From: Anaeromyxobacteraceae bacterium
GTDB lineage: Bacteria; Myxococcota; Myxococcia; Myxococcales; Anaeromyxobacteraceae
Direction of reading: 5' to 3'
Length of the DNA stretch: 64,000 nucleotides
Assembly (NCBI GenBank): GCA_047602405.1
Contig: JASGHJ010000001.1
Location: forward strand, 2,112,001-2,176,000
A model generated the notes under the pieces. It did not search any database and was not told the DNA's origin. It saw only the letters and a program-made list of their open reading frames with translations. The stretch's first letter is position 1; each line of letters opens with the position of its first letter. Below are positions 28,187 to 37,745 of this stretch, one piece after another. Position numbers and translations under genes: made by a program.

Positions 28187-30664
28187 ATGCGCAGCCCCGC
28201 CGCCGACCTCCAGCGTAACGTCACCCTGATCTCGACCGTCGCCATGATGGTCGCGGCCGGGTTCGGCTCCGTCGTGCTCGACCTCGGCGACGTCGAGCGC
28301 GAGCGGGCCGCCCTCGCCGCGGTCGGCGGCGTGGTCGCCCAGGCCGGCCTCGTCCTCCTGCTCGTCGCCCTCGCGCTCCGGCCGGTGCGCCGGGCGCTCC
28401 TCGCCGGCCCCTCGCTCGGGGTCGACGAGGCGGCGGCCGCCACCCGCGCCACGCACCGGGTGCCGGGCCTCGTCGCGTCGAGCGTGCTCGCGGCGGGCGC
28501 GGCGACCACCGCCGGCGTCGTGTGGGTGCTCATCGGCGGTGGCGCGCCGCAGGATTTCGCGCTGGCGGGCGGCGCGGTCGGCCTCGCGGGCGCGACCCTC
28601 GGCGCGATGCTCGCCTACGCCCTCTCGGTCACCGCGGGCGCCCGGGTCTTCGAGGCGATCGGCTCGAGGGCCGACGTCGCGCTGCGCGGCACGGTCCGCG
28701 GCAAGATCTTCCTCCTCGGCTTCGCCCTCGTGACGCTCACCGCGCTCGTCCTCGGGCCCACGGCGTACGTCGCCTACCGCCGGACGATCGAGCGCGACTA
28801 CCTCGACCACGCGCGGCGGGCGCTCCACTCCGCGGTGGAGGTCGTCCGCCGGCACACGGCGGTGGAGGCCGCCGAGCACGTCTACACCGCGACCGGCGCG
28901 ACCACCGTCGTGCTGGGGCCCGCCGGCGTCGTCGCGCGCTTCGGCCCGATGGACGGCCCGTTCCTCGACGCCCGCCGGGGCGGCGGACAGAGCCGCATCC
29001 CGGGCCAGGGCTGGCTGCTCTCCGCGCCGCACCACTCCGGCGCCGACGTGGTGGCCTGGCTGCCCGACGCGCCGCTCGAGCGCCAGCGCTGGGACTTCGG
29101 CGTCTCGCTCACCTACATGGCGTTCTGGGTCTACGTCTTCGGCGCGCTCATGGCCTGGCTCGCGGCGCGCGCCATCACGCTCCCGTTCCTGACCCTCGGC
29201 AGGGCCGCCGACCGCATCGCGGGCGGCGACCTCACCGTGAGCCCGCCCTCGCTCTCGCGCGACGAGGTCGGCCAGCTCGCCGCGGACTTCCGCCGCATGG
29301 CCCAGGGGCTGAAGGCGCTCGTGGTGGACGTGCAGTCCGCCTCGGAGGGCGTGTCGCTCGGCGCCCGCGAGGCGGGCGCCATCGGCGAGCGGGTCCGCAC
29401 CGGCGCGCTCGACCAGCGGTCCGGCGTCGAGCACGTGCGCGGCTCGGTCGAGGCGATGGACGACTCCATCGCGCTCGTCTCGCGCGGCCTGGGCGGCCTC
29501 TCCGAGTACGTCTCGGGGACGAACCAGGCGGTCGAGGAGATGACGTCCGCGTTCGAGGAGGTCCGCAAGAAGGGGACCGAGCTCGAGCGGTCGATGGACG
29601 CGGCGCTGCGCGACATCGAGCACCTCGCCCTCGCCGGGCGCGACGCCGAGTCGACGCTCGGCGAGCTCGAGGGGCTGGCGGGCCACGCGGGCGGCACCCT
29701 CGCCGCGGTGCGCGCGTCGATGGCGAGCCTCGAACGCGCCGCCTCCGACTCGGAGGGCACCGCCAACTTCATCAACGAGCTCGCCCAGCGGGCGGGCGGC
29801 GTCGTCGAGGAGACGGTGCACGGCATCGACGCCCTGCGCGCCGCGGTGTCCGACGCGCACCGCCGCATCACCGCGCTCGGCCGCCGCTCCGACGACGTCG
29901 ACCAGGTCGTCGACTTCATCGCCGAGGTCGCCGGCCGCACGAACCTCCTCTCGCTCAACGCCTCCATCATCGCCTCGCAGGCGGGCGAGCACGGCAAGGC
30001 CTTCTCGGTCGTCGCCGACCAGATCCGCGAGCTCGCCACCCAGATCGCCCGCTCGACGAAGTCGATCGGCGAGATCATCCACTCGCTCCGCGAGGAGGTG
30101 GAGGGCGCGGCCGCGCTCATCGACCGCGGCGACGCGCTCGCGGTCGAGGGCGTGCAGCTCGCGCGGAACTCGCTCGAGGCGCTCGAGAACATCCAGCGCT
30201 CGACCTCCGGCGGCATCGAGACCGCCGGCGCGATCCGCTCCGCCGTCGACGCCCACGGCACCTCCGCCCGCGAGGTCTCGCAGCTCGTCGAGTCCGTCGC
30301 GAACGGCTCCCGCGCCGTCGCCCAGGCGGTCCAGCTCGTCGGCCGCAGCGTGACCGCCGTGAACTCGGTCTCCCGCGGCGTGAAGGCGATGGCCGATCAG
30401 GTCTCGCACGCCCTCGAGGAGCAGTCCGGCCAGGGCAAGCGCCAGCTCGAGAGCCTCACCCGCCTCGACCGGATGATCGCGGAGATCTCGCGCGCGGTGG
30501 ACAACCACAACGCCGCCACCCGGCGCGTCCACGAGGCGCTGCAGGCCCTCGCGCACACCGCCGGCGATCACGAGTCCGCCGTGTCGGGCCTCTCCGGCGT
30601 CGCGGACCGCCTCGGGAACCGCGCCCGCGCGCTGCAGGACCGCGTCGGGCGGTTCAAGGTCTAG
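28187..30664 (+). CDS. Methyl-accepting chemotaxis protein (multi-TM, HAMP)
   Basis: HAMP (RDEVGQLAADF) and hairpin tip RTNLLSLNASIIASQAGEHGKAFSVVADQIRELA. Confidence 0.9.
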   Translation: MRSPAADLQRNVTLISTVAMMVAAGFGSVVLDLGDVERERAALAAVGGVVAQAGLVLLLVALALRPVRRALLAGPSLGVDEAAAATRATHRVPGLVASSVLAAGAATTAGVVWVLIGGGAPQDFALAGGAVGLAGATLGAMLAYALSVTAGARVFEAIGSRADVALRGTVRGKIFLLGFALVTLTALVLGPTAYVAYRRTIERDYLDHARRALHSAVEVVRRHTAVEAAEHVYTATGATTVVLGPAGVVARFGPMDGPFLDARRGGGQSRIPGQGWLLSAPHHSGADVVAWLPDAPLERQRWDFGVSLTYMAFWVYVFGALMAWLAARAITLPFLTLGRAADRIAGGDLTVSPPSLSRDEVGQLAADFRRMAQGLKALVVDVQSASEGVSLGAREAGAIGERVRTGALDQRSGVEHVRGSVEAMDDSIALVSRGLGGLSEYVSGTNQAVEEMTSAFEEVRKKGTELERSMDAALRDIEHLALAGRDAESTLGELEGLAGHAGGTLAAVRASMASLERAASDSEGTANFINELAQRAGGVVEETVHGIDALRAAVSDAHRRITALGRRSDDVDQVVDFIAEVAGRTNLLSLNASIIASQAGEHGKAFSVVADQIRELATQIARSTKSIGEIIHSLREEVEGAAALIDRGDALAVEGVQLARNSLEALENIQRSTSGGIETAGAIRSAVDAHGTSAREVSQLVESVANGSRAVAQAVQLVGRSVTAVNSVSRGVKAMADQVSHALEEQSGQGKRQLESLTRLDRMIAEISRAVDNHNAATRRVHEALQALAHTAGDHESAVSGLSGVADRLGNRARALQDRVGRFKV

Positions 30665-30670
30665 AGGAGA

Positions 30671-30719
30671 CGAGACGGAGTCGGAGTCGGAGTCGGATCC
30701 GGATCCGGAGTCGGATCCC
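30671..30719. repeat. CGGANN hexamer tandem repeat at a convergent gene junction
   Basis: CGGAGT CGGAGT CGGAGT CGGATC CGGATC CGGAGT CGGATC. Confidence 0.85.
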
Positions 30720-32648
30720 TCACCCCGGCCCCGCGCAGGCGGGGAGCGCGCGGGTGCTCTCCGCGCCGTACCTGCACGCCGCCTCGAGGTTCCGCCGCGC
30801 GCCCACGTCCCCGGGCGAGAGCGCGAGCGCGCGGCCGAACGCCTCGACGGCCTCCGGCATCCGGCCGAGCGCCCCGAGCGCGTTGCCGAGGGTGATCCAG
30901 CCGCGCGTGCTCGCGGGCGCGAGCGCGACGGACCGCCGGGCCGCGCGCTCGGCCTCCTCCGGCCGGCGCAGGGCGAGCTCGACGGAGGCGAGGTCGTCCC
31001 ACGCCAGGGCGCCGTCCGGCGCGAGCGCCGTGGCCCGGGCGAGCGCCTCGCGGGCCTCCGCCGGCCGGCCGCCCTCGAAGAGCGTGCGCCCGAGGAGCGA
31101 CCAGGAGACGGCGTCCTCCGGCGCGGCGCGCGCGGCCCGCCGGGCAGCCTCGAGCGCCTCCGGTCCGCGGCCGAGCTCGCGGAGCGAGGCGGCGAGGTTC
31201 TGCAGGCCGAGCGGCTGGTCCGGCGCGATGCGGACCGCCTCCTCCGCCCGGCGCAGCGCCTCGGCGGGCCTGCCGATGGCGCCGTAGAACGACGCGAGGC
31301 TCGCCTGGGCGAACGCGTTCGGCCCGGTGACCTCGAGCGCGTGCAGGAAGAGCGTCTCGTGGTCTCGCCAGAGGGACACCTGCCGGACCGTCGCGACGCC
31401 GAGCGCGGCGAGCACCGCGAGGGCGCCGGCGGCGAGCCCCCGGGGGCGGTGGCGGGCGAGCGCGCCGGGGCGCGCCCCGGCGAGAGCGAAGCCGGCGAAG
31501 GCGGCCGCCAGCGCGAGGCCGATCGACGGCACGTAGGTGTAGCGGTCCGCCATCGCCTGGTCGCCCACGCGCACGAGGCCCGAGACCGGGACGAGCGTGC
31601 CGAGGTACCAGAGCCAGCCGACCGCGAGCCACGGCGCCCGCCGGCGCCAGGCGATCGCGAGCGCGGTCACCGCGGCGAGCCCGGCGGCGCTGCCCGCCAC
31701 GGCGAGCGCGCCGAAGCCGTCCGCCGGGCGCGGGTAGAAGACGGCGAGGTCCGCGGGCCAGGCGGTCTTCCCGAGGTAGCGCGCGGCGGCGACCGTCGCG
31801 GTGGCGAGCCGCGGGGCGAGCGGCGCGTCCGCGCCGGAGGCGATCGCCCCGCCGCGCGCCTGGGCCAGGACGGTCACCGCCGACGAGGCCGCGGCGAGCG
31901 CGAGCAGCGGGAGCTTCTCGAGCGCGAGGGCGGCGAGCGTCCGCTGCCGGGGATCGCCGTCCCGGGGCGGGAGCCAGCCCGCGACCCGGCGGAGCGGCCA
32001 GCCGTCGAGGAGGAGCAGCGCGAGCGGCAGCGTGACGAGCGTCGGCTTCGCGAGCAGGGACGCCGCGTATGCCGCGGCGACCGCGGCGTACCGGCCCGCC
32101 GACGGGCGCTCCACGTGGCGCGCCCAGAGGAGGAGCGCCGCTGCGCCGAGCGCGATCGAGAGCACGTCCTTCCGCTCGGAGATCCACGCGACCGACTCGA
32201 CGCGGAGCGGGTGGAGCGCGACGAGCGCGGTCGCGAGCGCCGCGGGCCAGGGGTCGCGCGTCAGGCGCGCGAGCGCGAGGAACAGGAGCGCGGCCGCGAG
32301 CGCGTGCCAGAGCGCGTTCTCGAGCAGCATGGGCCCGGGCCGGAGCCCGCCGAGCAGGGACACGTCGGCGAGGTAGGAGAGCCAGGTGAGCGGGTGCCAG
32401 TTTGCGCAGCGCAGCGTCGTGAACGCCCAGGCGATCGACTCCGCGCCGAGCCCGCCCCGGACGTGCGGGTTGTCGGTGAGGTAGCAGCCGTCGTCGAAGC
32501 GGACGAGGTCGTGCGAGGAGACCCCGAGGTAGGGCGCGAAGGCCGCGACGGCGAGCGCGGCCGCGAGCGCGAGGGTGCGCGGGCCGGGCCGCGCGGCGGC
32601 CTTCGGCTGGCCGGGCGGAGCGGTCCGCGGCGGCCTCGCCCGCGCCAT
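30720..32648 (-). CDS. TMTC-like GT-C membrane glycosyltransferase with C-terminal TPRs
   Basis: FDD loop, WHPLTWLS, HPLRVESVAWISERKD, ADRYTY, WRD motifs; several TPRs. Confidence 0.85.
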   Translation of the reverse strand: MARARPPRTAPPGQPKAAARPGPRTLALAAALAVAAFAPYLGVSSHDLVRFDDGCYLTDNPHVRGGLGAESIAWAFTTLRCANWHPLTWLSYLADVSLLGGLRPGPMLLENALWHALAAALLFLALARLTRDPWPAALATALVALHPLRVESVAWISERKDVLSIALGAAALLLWARHVERPSAGRYAAVAAAYAASLLAKPTLVTLPLALLLLDGWPLRRVAGWLPPRDGDPRQRTLAALALEKLPLLALAAASSAVTVLAQARGGAIASGADAPLAPRLATATVAAARYLGKTAWPADLAVFYPRPADGFGALAVAGSAAGLAAVTALAIAWRRRAPWLAVGWLWYLGTLVPVSGLVRVGDQAMADRYTYVPSIGLALAAAFAGFALAGARPGALARHRPRGLAAGALAVLAALGVATVRQVSLWRDHETLFLHALEVTGPNAFAQASLASFYGAIGRPAEALRRAEEAVRIAPDQPLGLQNLAASLRELGRGPEALEAARRAARAAPEDAVSWSLLGRTLFEGGRPAEAREALARATALAPDGALAWDDLASVELALRRPEEAERAARRSVALAPASTRGWITLGNALGALGRMPEAVEAFGRALALSPGDVGARRNLEAACRYGAESTRALPACAGPG

Positions 32649-33565
32649 CAGCGCGCGGGCCGCGCCGCGGGACGGGCGAGGCTGCCGGACAGCTGGTAGA
32701 CGTACGCGTCGCCGGACTTCGCGCCGGCCATGGCCGCCTCGGCGAGGCCCCGCAGCCCCGCCATGTTGCCCTGCGCCCAGAACGCGTCGCGGATCCTGAG
32801 GCGCGCCCGGCCGGAGATGGGCGAGTCCTTCAGGCGCGGCTGCACCACGAGGAAGAGGTCCTCGGCGGAGGCCTCGGCGTCGCCGCCCTTCGCCTCGAGC
32901 TTCTGGAAGGTGGCCTTGCCCTGGTCGATCTTCACGTCGGCGACCACGTCGCCGAGCGAGAGCTTCGGCACCGGGATGCCACCCTCCATCCCCGGCACCG
33001 GCACCTTGCCGCCGGAGACCCCGGCGCCGGTGACCTTCGCGTCGGCGCGCCCGCCGAGCTTGCCCTGGGGCGTCGCCGGCACCACGAGGTCGGCCTCCCC
33101 GGTGAGCTTGCCCACGAGGTCGAGCCCGGACGCGCGCCGGAGCGGGATCGCCCGGGCGAGGTCGAGCCCCTCGAGCGAGACGGCGACCGCGCGCTCGTCG
33201 CCGGAGACGTCGGCGGTGCCCCGCACCCGCCCGTCCCAGAGTTCCACGTCGAAGGCCACCGAGCGGCGGCCGCCGAGGAGCGGCAGGACGCGCAGCGCGA
33301 CGCTCGCCGAGTCGACGGGGAACTTGAGGCCGGTGCCGTCGTCGACGGTGATGCCCTCGGCGCGCACGCCGAGGAGCCCGCCGCCGAGCCCGGCCTTCTG
33401 CACGCTCACCGCGTAGCCGCGGGCGGCGGCCTCGGCGACGATGCGCTCCCGGAGCGCGTCGGAGGGGAAGGTCCAGCGCAGCGCGAGCACGAAGGCGACG
33501 ACGGCGAAGGCCCCGTAGCCGAGGCGGACGCGCCAGACGTTCCAGTCGAGGTTCGGGCGGGCCAT
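32648..33565 (-). CDS. gspN: Type II secretion protein GspN
   Basis: N-terminal TM then WTFP; beta-rich body; position after gspM. Confidence 0.8.
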   Translation of the reverse strand: MARPNLDWNVWRVRLGYGAFAVVAFVLALRWTFPSDALRERIVAEAAARGYAVSVQKAGLGGGLLGVRAEGITVDDGTGLKFPVDSASVALRVLPLLGGRRSVAFDVELWDGRVRGTADVSGDERAVAVSLEGLDLARAIPLRRASGLDLVGKLTGEADLVVPATPQGKLGGRADAKVTGAGVSGGKVPVPGMEGGIPVPKLSLGDVVADVKIDQGKATFQKLEAKGGDAEASAEDLFLVVQPRLKDSPISGRARLRIRDAFWAQGNMAGLRGLAEAAMAGAKSGDAYVYQLSGSLARPAARPAR

Positions 33566-34143
33566 GTCGGTCGGGGTCTCGCTGAGCTCTTCAGCTGGTA
33601 GGTGGAGACGACGAGGGTCGCGTCCACGAGCATCGGGTCGTCGGTGCGCGTCGAGAGGCGGATCCGCCGGACCTTCACGACCCCGGCCGTCCGCTCCAGG
33701 TTCTGGAGGAGCGCGGAGAGCTTCTGGAGGTCGATGCGGGCGAGGTTCACCTCGACCGACTCCTCGCGCAGGCCGTCCACCTCGGTGGGGGCCCCCGTGG
33801 GCCTGAGGTCGTTCACCTCGACCCCGAGCGCGGCGCCCGCCTGGGCGACGTGGGTCATGAGCGCGACCGGCTGGGCGCGCAGGCGCGCCTCGACGGCGCC
33901 GCGCTCGGCCTGCCGCTGCCGGTAACCGTCGGCGAGCTTGCCGAACTGGGCGAGCACCCGCGACTTGGCCTCGATGCGGTCGGTGCGCGCGCGCATCGCG
34001 TTGCCGTAGGTGAGGGACACGAGCCAGACCGTGAAGATGGCGACGGCGGCGGCCGCCGCGGTGACCATCAGGCGCTCGCGCGGCGAGAGGGCGGACAGCC
34101 AGCTCTCGAGCGCGGCGCGCAGCCTGCGGAGGCGCTCCATCAT
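33406..34143 (-). CDS. gspM: Type II secretion protein GspM; conserved part appears to end near 33586 with read-through to 33406
   Basis: LSPRERLMV + TM + ferredoxin-like domain; ATG overlaps gspL stop. Confidence 0.8.
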   Translation of the reverse strand: MMERLRRLRAALESWLSALSPRERLMVTAAAAAVAIFTVWLVSLTYGNAMRARTDRIEAKSRVLAQFGKLADGYRQRQAERGAVEARLRAQPVALMTHVAQAGAALGVEVNDLRPTGAPTEVDGLREESVEVNLARIDLQKLSALLQNLERTAGVVKVRRIRLSTRTDDPMLVDATLVVSTYQLKSSARPRPTWPARTSTGTSGASASATGPSPSSPSCSRCAGPSPPTRSGSASSPRPPPAATR

Positions 34144-35771
34144 GGCTTCTTCTCCTCCGGGCCGCCCTCGAGGCAGGTCAGGCTCGAGTCGATCGAGAAC
34201 TCGAACTTCGAGTCGGAGCCGCGGCGGCGGGCCCCGCCGGAGCGGGCGTCGCCGAAGCAGCGCGACGACTGCAGCGCCGCGACGAGCTTGTCGACGCCCT
34301 CGGCGGCGTCGGTGGTGCCCTGCAGGTGGAGCTTCTCGCGGGTGATCTCGACGCGGTCGAAGCGCACCGGGACGGTGTCCGGCACCTTCGCCGAGAGCTC
34401 GGCGAGGATCTCGACGGCCGCGACCTTGGGCAGCGCCGCCGAGGGCGAGCCGCGGCCCTTCAGCACCGACTGCGCCTGCTCCCAGTCGTCGTAGCACTTG
34501 CCGAGCAGGCTCTGCTCGGCGTCGCAGAGCGCGCGGTCGACCACCGCCTCGCGGCGGGCGAGCGCGAACGCCTCCACCGCCGAGCCGGCGACCCACAGGA
34601 GCGCGACGAGGCTCGCCCACGCGGCGAGCTTCAGCACCTTGCCGCGCACGTGCTCGAAGTCGCGCGTGAAGGCGAGGTCGCCGCGGCGCAGGTTGGTGCG
34701 CCCGGCCTTCGCCCCGAGGAGGCCCCGGAGCGCGAGGGCGAGCGCGAGCGCGTGCGTGCCGGCGGCCGGCCCGAGCGCCTCGGCGGGGCCGGCGAGCTCG
34801 AGGGGCGCGACCGGGCCGTCGGCCTCGGGCACGAGGAGCTCGGCGAGGCCGGGGAGCCGGCCGGCCTCGCCGGCGAGCAGGATGCGGCGGGCGGGGCGGG
34901 CCCCGGCCCGGGCGCGCCAGGCCCGGAGCGTGGCGCGGAGCTCGCGGACGAGCGGGACGAGCGCGCGGCGCACCGCCTCCGCGGCGCGGGGATCCTTCGC
35001 CGCGGCGTCGAGCGCGAGCGGCACGCGCTCGCCGCGCGCCTCGGCGGAGAGGATCGCGGCGCCGTCGGCCGGCGCGAGGCCGAGCTCGGCGGCGAGCGCG
35101 CGGGCGAGGTGGGCGCCGCCGAACGGGAACGTGCGGGCGGCCTCGAGGCCGTCGGCCGTGCCGACCGAGACGGTGGTCCGCTCCGCGCCGACGTCGAGCA
35201 CCACGTCGGCCCCGGCGGGCTCGCCGGGCTCGGCCCCGGAGCCGCCGAGGAGCGTGGGCACCGCGCCGGCGGCGAGGAGGCCCTGGAGCGCGGGGCCCGC
35301 GGGCACGACCGCGCGGGGATCGACCCCGGCGGCCTGCAGCGCCGCGAGGAGCCCCGCGAGCTCCCCCTTCTTCACCACCGAGACGAGGAGCTCGGTCTTC
35401 CCGTCGCGCGTGCCGAGCGGCTGCCAGTCCCAGGCGACGTCGGCGAGGTCGAACGGGATGAGCCCCTCGACCTCGAAGCCGATCGCCTCGGCGATGCGGC
35501 GGGAGTCGGTGAAGGGCAGGGTCACCTGGTGCGACGAGACCGCGGCGCCGGGGAAGGCCACCACCGCCGTGTCGAACTTCCAGGCCTCCCCCGCGAGGAG
35601 GGCCTGCACCGCCGCGCCGAGCCGCGCGGGGTGGTCGGGGCCGCCCTCCGTCGCGGGGGCGACGGGCGCGCTGCCGTGGTCGACGAGCGTCCAGCCGCGG
35701 TAGGCGCTCTCGAGGAGCACCCCCTTCACCGCGGCCACGCCGAGGTCGAGCCCGAGGATCCGCTGGGCCAT
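34140..35771 (-). CDS. gspL: Type II secretion protein GspL (PilM-like actin fold)
   Basis: ILGLDLG...VK start, FEVEGLIPF, TM and periplasmic domain. Confidence 0.85.
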   Translation of the reverse strand: MAQRILGLDLGVAAVKGVLLESAYRGWTLVDHGSAPVAPATEGGPDHPARLGAAVQALLAGEAWKFDTAVVAFPGAAVSSHQVTLPFTDSRRIAEAIGFEVEGLIPFDLADVAWDWQPLGTRDGKTELLVSVVKKGELAGLLAALQAAGVDPRAVVPAGPALQGLLAAGAVPTLLGGSGAEPGEPAGADVVLDVGAERTTVSVGTADGLEAARTFPFGGAHLARALAAELGLAPADGAAILSAEARGERVPLALDAAAKDPRAAEAVRRALVPLVRELRATLRAWRARAGARPARRILLAGEAGRLPGLAELLVPEADGPVAPLELAGPAEALGPAAGTHALALALALRGLLGAKAGRTNLRRGDLAFTRDFEHVRGKVLKLAAWASLVALLWVAGSAVEAFALARREAVVDRALCDAEQSLLGKCYDDWEQAQSVLKGRGSPSAALPKVAAVEILAELSAKVPDTVPVRFDRVEITREKLHLQGTTDAAEGVDKLVAALQSSRCFGDARSGGARRRGSDSKFEFSIDSSLTCLEGGPEEKKP

Positions 35772-35772
35772 C

Positions 35773-37098
35773 TCACTCCTCCCGCCAGCGGAGGACCCGG
35801 CCCACGCTCGTGCCGTCTGCGACGGAGGCGGTGGTGGTGGTGCCGGTGGTCGTCTCGCTGCGGTTCTGGTTGGGGTCGAAGGTCACGACGACGTCGAGGG
35901 TCCGGTTCACCTGGCCGGCGGAGCCGACGGAGCGGATCCGGTACACGTAGGAGCGGTCGGTGAGCGGGTTCCGGGGGCTGTTGGGCGTGGTGAGGTCGGA
36001 GGAGACCTGCACGCCGAGGGCCTGGAGGGTCGCGGCGAACGCGGCGGGGCTGAAGCCGAGGACGCCGCCGAGCGTCTGATCCATCACGGCCTTCTGCAGG
36101 CGCGTGCGGAACTCGGGGTCGTAGAGCACCGCCTGGCCGGGCGGGTAGGCGACCGCCTTCGCGAGCTCGACCAGGCCGGAGGGGTTCCTGGGGTCGAGCG
36201 TGCGCTTCGCGTCCTTCGGGAGGTAGACCGTGAGCTGCTCGCCGAAGACGGCGCCGACCGCGTCGGAGAAGCCCTGCACGAGGTAGAGCTCGTCGGGCGA
36301 GTCGAAGCGCGAGTTCTTCGTCTTGTAGCGCTCGTCGGTGGGGCCCACGTCGTAGGCGTAGTTCTCGTCGCCGAAGCCGTTCTGGAAGGGCGGGCTCGCG
36401 ACCTCGATGTTGCAGGTGCCGCCCGGGAACCCGGCCTGGAGCGTCGAGGTGGTGCGGTCGTCGTCGACCCAGTCGCGCAGGTTGACGATGAGCTCCTGCC
36501 GCGTGGTCTTCCGGCCGCGCGCGTCCTCGCGATCGAAGATGGGGTCCCAGCGCGGGTCGCAGACGAGCTGGTAGAGCCCGATCACCGCGGGCTTCAGCTG
36601 GCCGCCGCTCTCGAGCATGTCGAGCTGGGCGTTCACCTTCGCGCCCTCGTCGTCGACCGTCGCCTCGAAGGCGCCGTCGAAGTCGCCGAACTTGCGCACG
36701 ACCGGGCCCTCGCGCGGGTCGCCCTCGTGGCGGGCCGGCTCCGCCTTCCCGCCGCCGAAGAGGCCGGTCACGAGCCCGGAGCTGATGGGCACGAGCGACC
36801 AGATGCGGATGTTGAGGTTGAGGCCCTGCGCGCCGGCGGCGCCGGCCGCGGCGCCCGCCGCCCCGCCGGCCGCGCCGGTGGTGGCGTCGATCTGCTGCTG
36901 GAAGGCGAGCACCAGCCGCGAGGTGGCGACGCCGCTCTTCGCGAGCCAGGTCGCGCGCAGCTCGTCGCGGGCGTCGCCCGCGAGCTGGAGCCGGACCCGC
37001 GAGGCGTAGGCGAGCTGGGCCGCGAGCGCGGTGAGCACCGCCACCGCGACGATGACGATCAGCAAGGCCATTCCGCGCTGTGGTCCCCGGGCGCGCAT
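35773..37098 (-). CDS. gspK: Minor pseudopilin GspK
   Basis: QRGMALLIVI prepilin site, LAKSG, DEGAKVN, DWVDDD, ELYLVQG. Confidence 0.9.
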   Translation of the reverse strand: MRARGPQRGMALLIVIVAVAVLTALAAQLAYASRVRLQLAGDARDELRATWLAKSGVATSRLVLAFQQQIDATTGAAGGAAGAAAGAAGAQGLNLNIRIWSLVPISSGLVTGLFGGGKAEPARHEGDPREGPVVRKFGDFDGAFEATVDDEGAKVNAQLDMLESGGQLKPAVIGLYQLVCDPRWDPIFDREDARGRKTTRQELIVNLRDWVDDDRTTSTLQAGFPGGTCNIEVASPPFQNGFGDENYAYDVGPTDERYKTKNSRFDSPDELYLVQGFSDAVGAVFGEQLTVYLPKDAKRTLDPRNPSGLVELAKAVAYPPGQAVLYDPEFRTRLQKAVMDQTLGGVLGFSPAAFAATLQALGVQVSSDLTTPNSPRNPLTDRSYVYRIRSVGSAGQVNRTLDVVVTFDPNQNRSETTTGTTTTASVADGTSVGRVLRWREE

Positions 37099-37745
37099 CA
37101 GAAGTCCAGCGGCCGCGTCACCGCGATCCGCGCCTCCGTCACGAACTTCTCCCTGCGGCCGTCGCCGAGCACGGTCTCGAGCTCGATCTCCACCCGCGAC
37201 GGCAGGTCCGAGGCGTGCTCGGTCGACTTCGTCGACCACTCGCGCACCCAGTCGTTCTTCTTCGGGTCCCAGTAGCGGAACCGGAGCGAGGCCACGTGGC
37301 CGGCGACCGCGTCCCTGCGGCCACCGCGGTCGGGCTCGGTGTCGATCCGGACCTTCTCGCGCCGGAAGAGGGCCTTCGCGTTCCGGTCCTTCGGGTCGTC
37401 GTCGAGGCCGTACTCGACCACCATCTGGTCGGACTCGCGCGCGTCGAGCCAGAGCCGCTCGTGCGCCATCGTCGCGAAGAGGAGCGTCTCGTCCTTGCCG
37501 ACGAAGACCGTCGGCCGCTCGCGCAGCTGGTTGCGGTCGTAGTGGTCGGAGACGAACGCCATCGAGAGCTCGCGCGCCATGCGGGTGAGCGCGGTGCGCG
37601 AGGCGCCGTAGCGGTCGCCCTGCTCCTCGACGGCGCGGGTGGCGCGGTCGACCGAGCTGAAGGTGCCCACCACGAGCCCGCCGATGGCGGCCGTGATGGC
37701 CATCGCCACCATGAGCTCCATGAGGGTGAAGCCGCGCTGCTTCAC
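37098..37745 (-). CDS. gspJ: Minor pseudopilin GspJ
   Basis: GTG start, QRGFTLMELMVAM N-methylation motif; EW...LPSRVEI C-terminus. Confidence 0.88.
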   Translation of the reverse strand: MKQRGFTLMELMVAMAITAAIGGLVVGTFSSVDRATRAVEEQGDRYGASRTALTRMARELSMAFVSDHYDRNQLRERPTVFVGKDETLLFATMAHERLWLDARESDQMVVEYGLDDDPKDRNAKALFRREKVRIDTEPDRGGRRDAVAGHVASLRFRYWDPKKNDWVREWSTKSTEHASDLPSRVEIELETVLGDGRREKFVTEARIAVTRPLDF

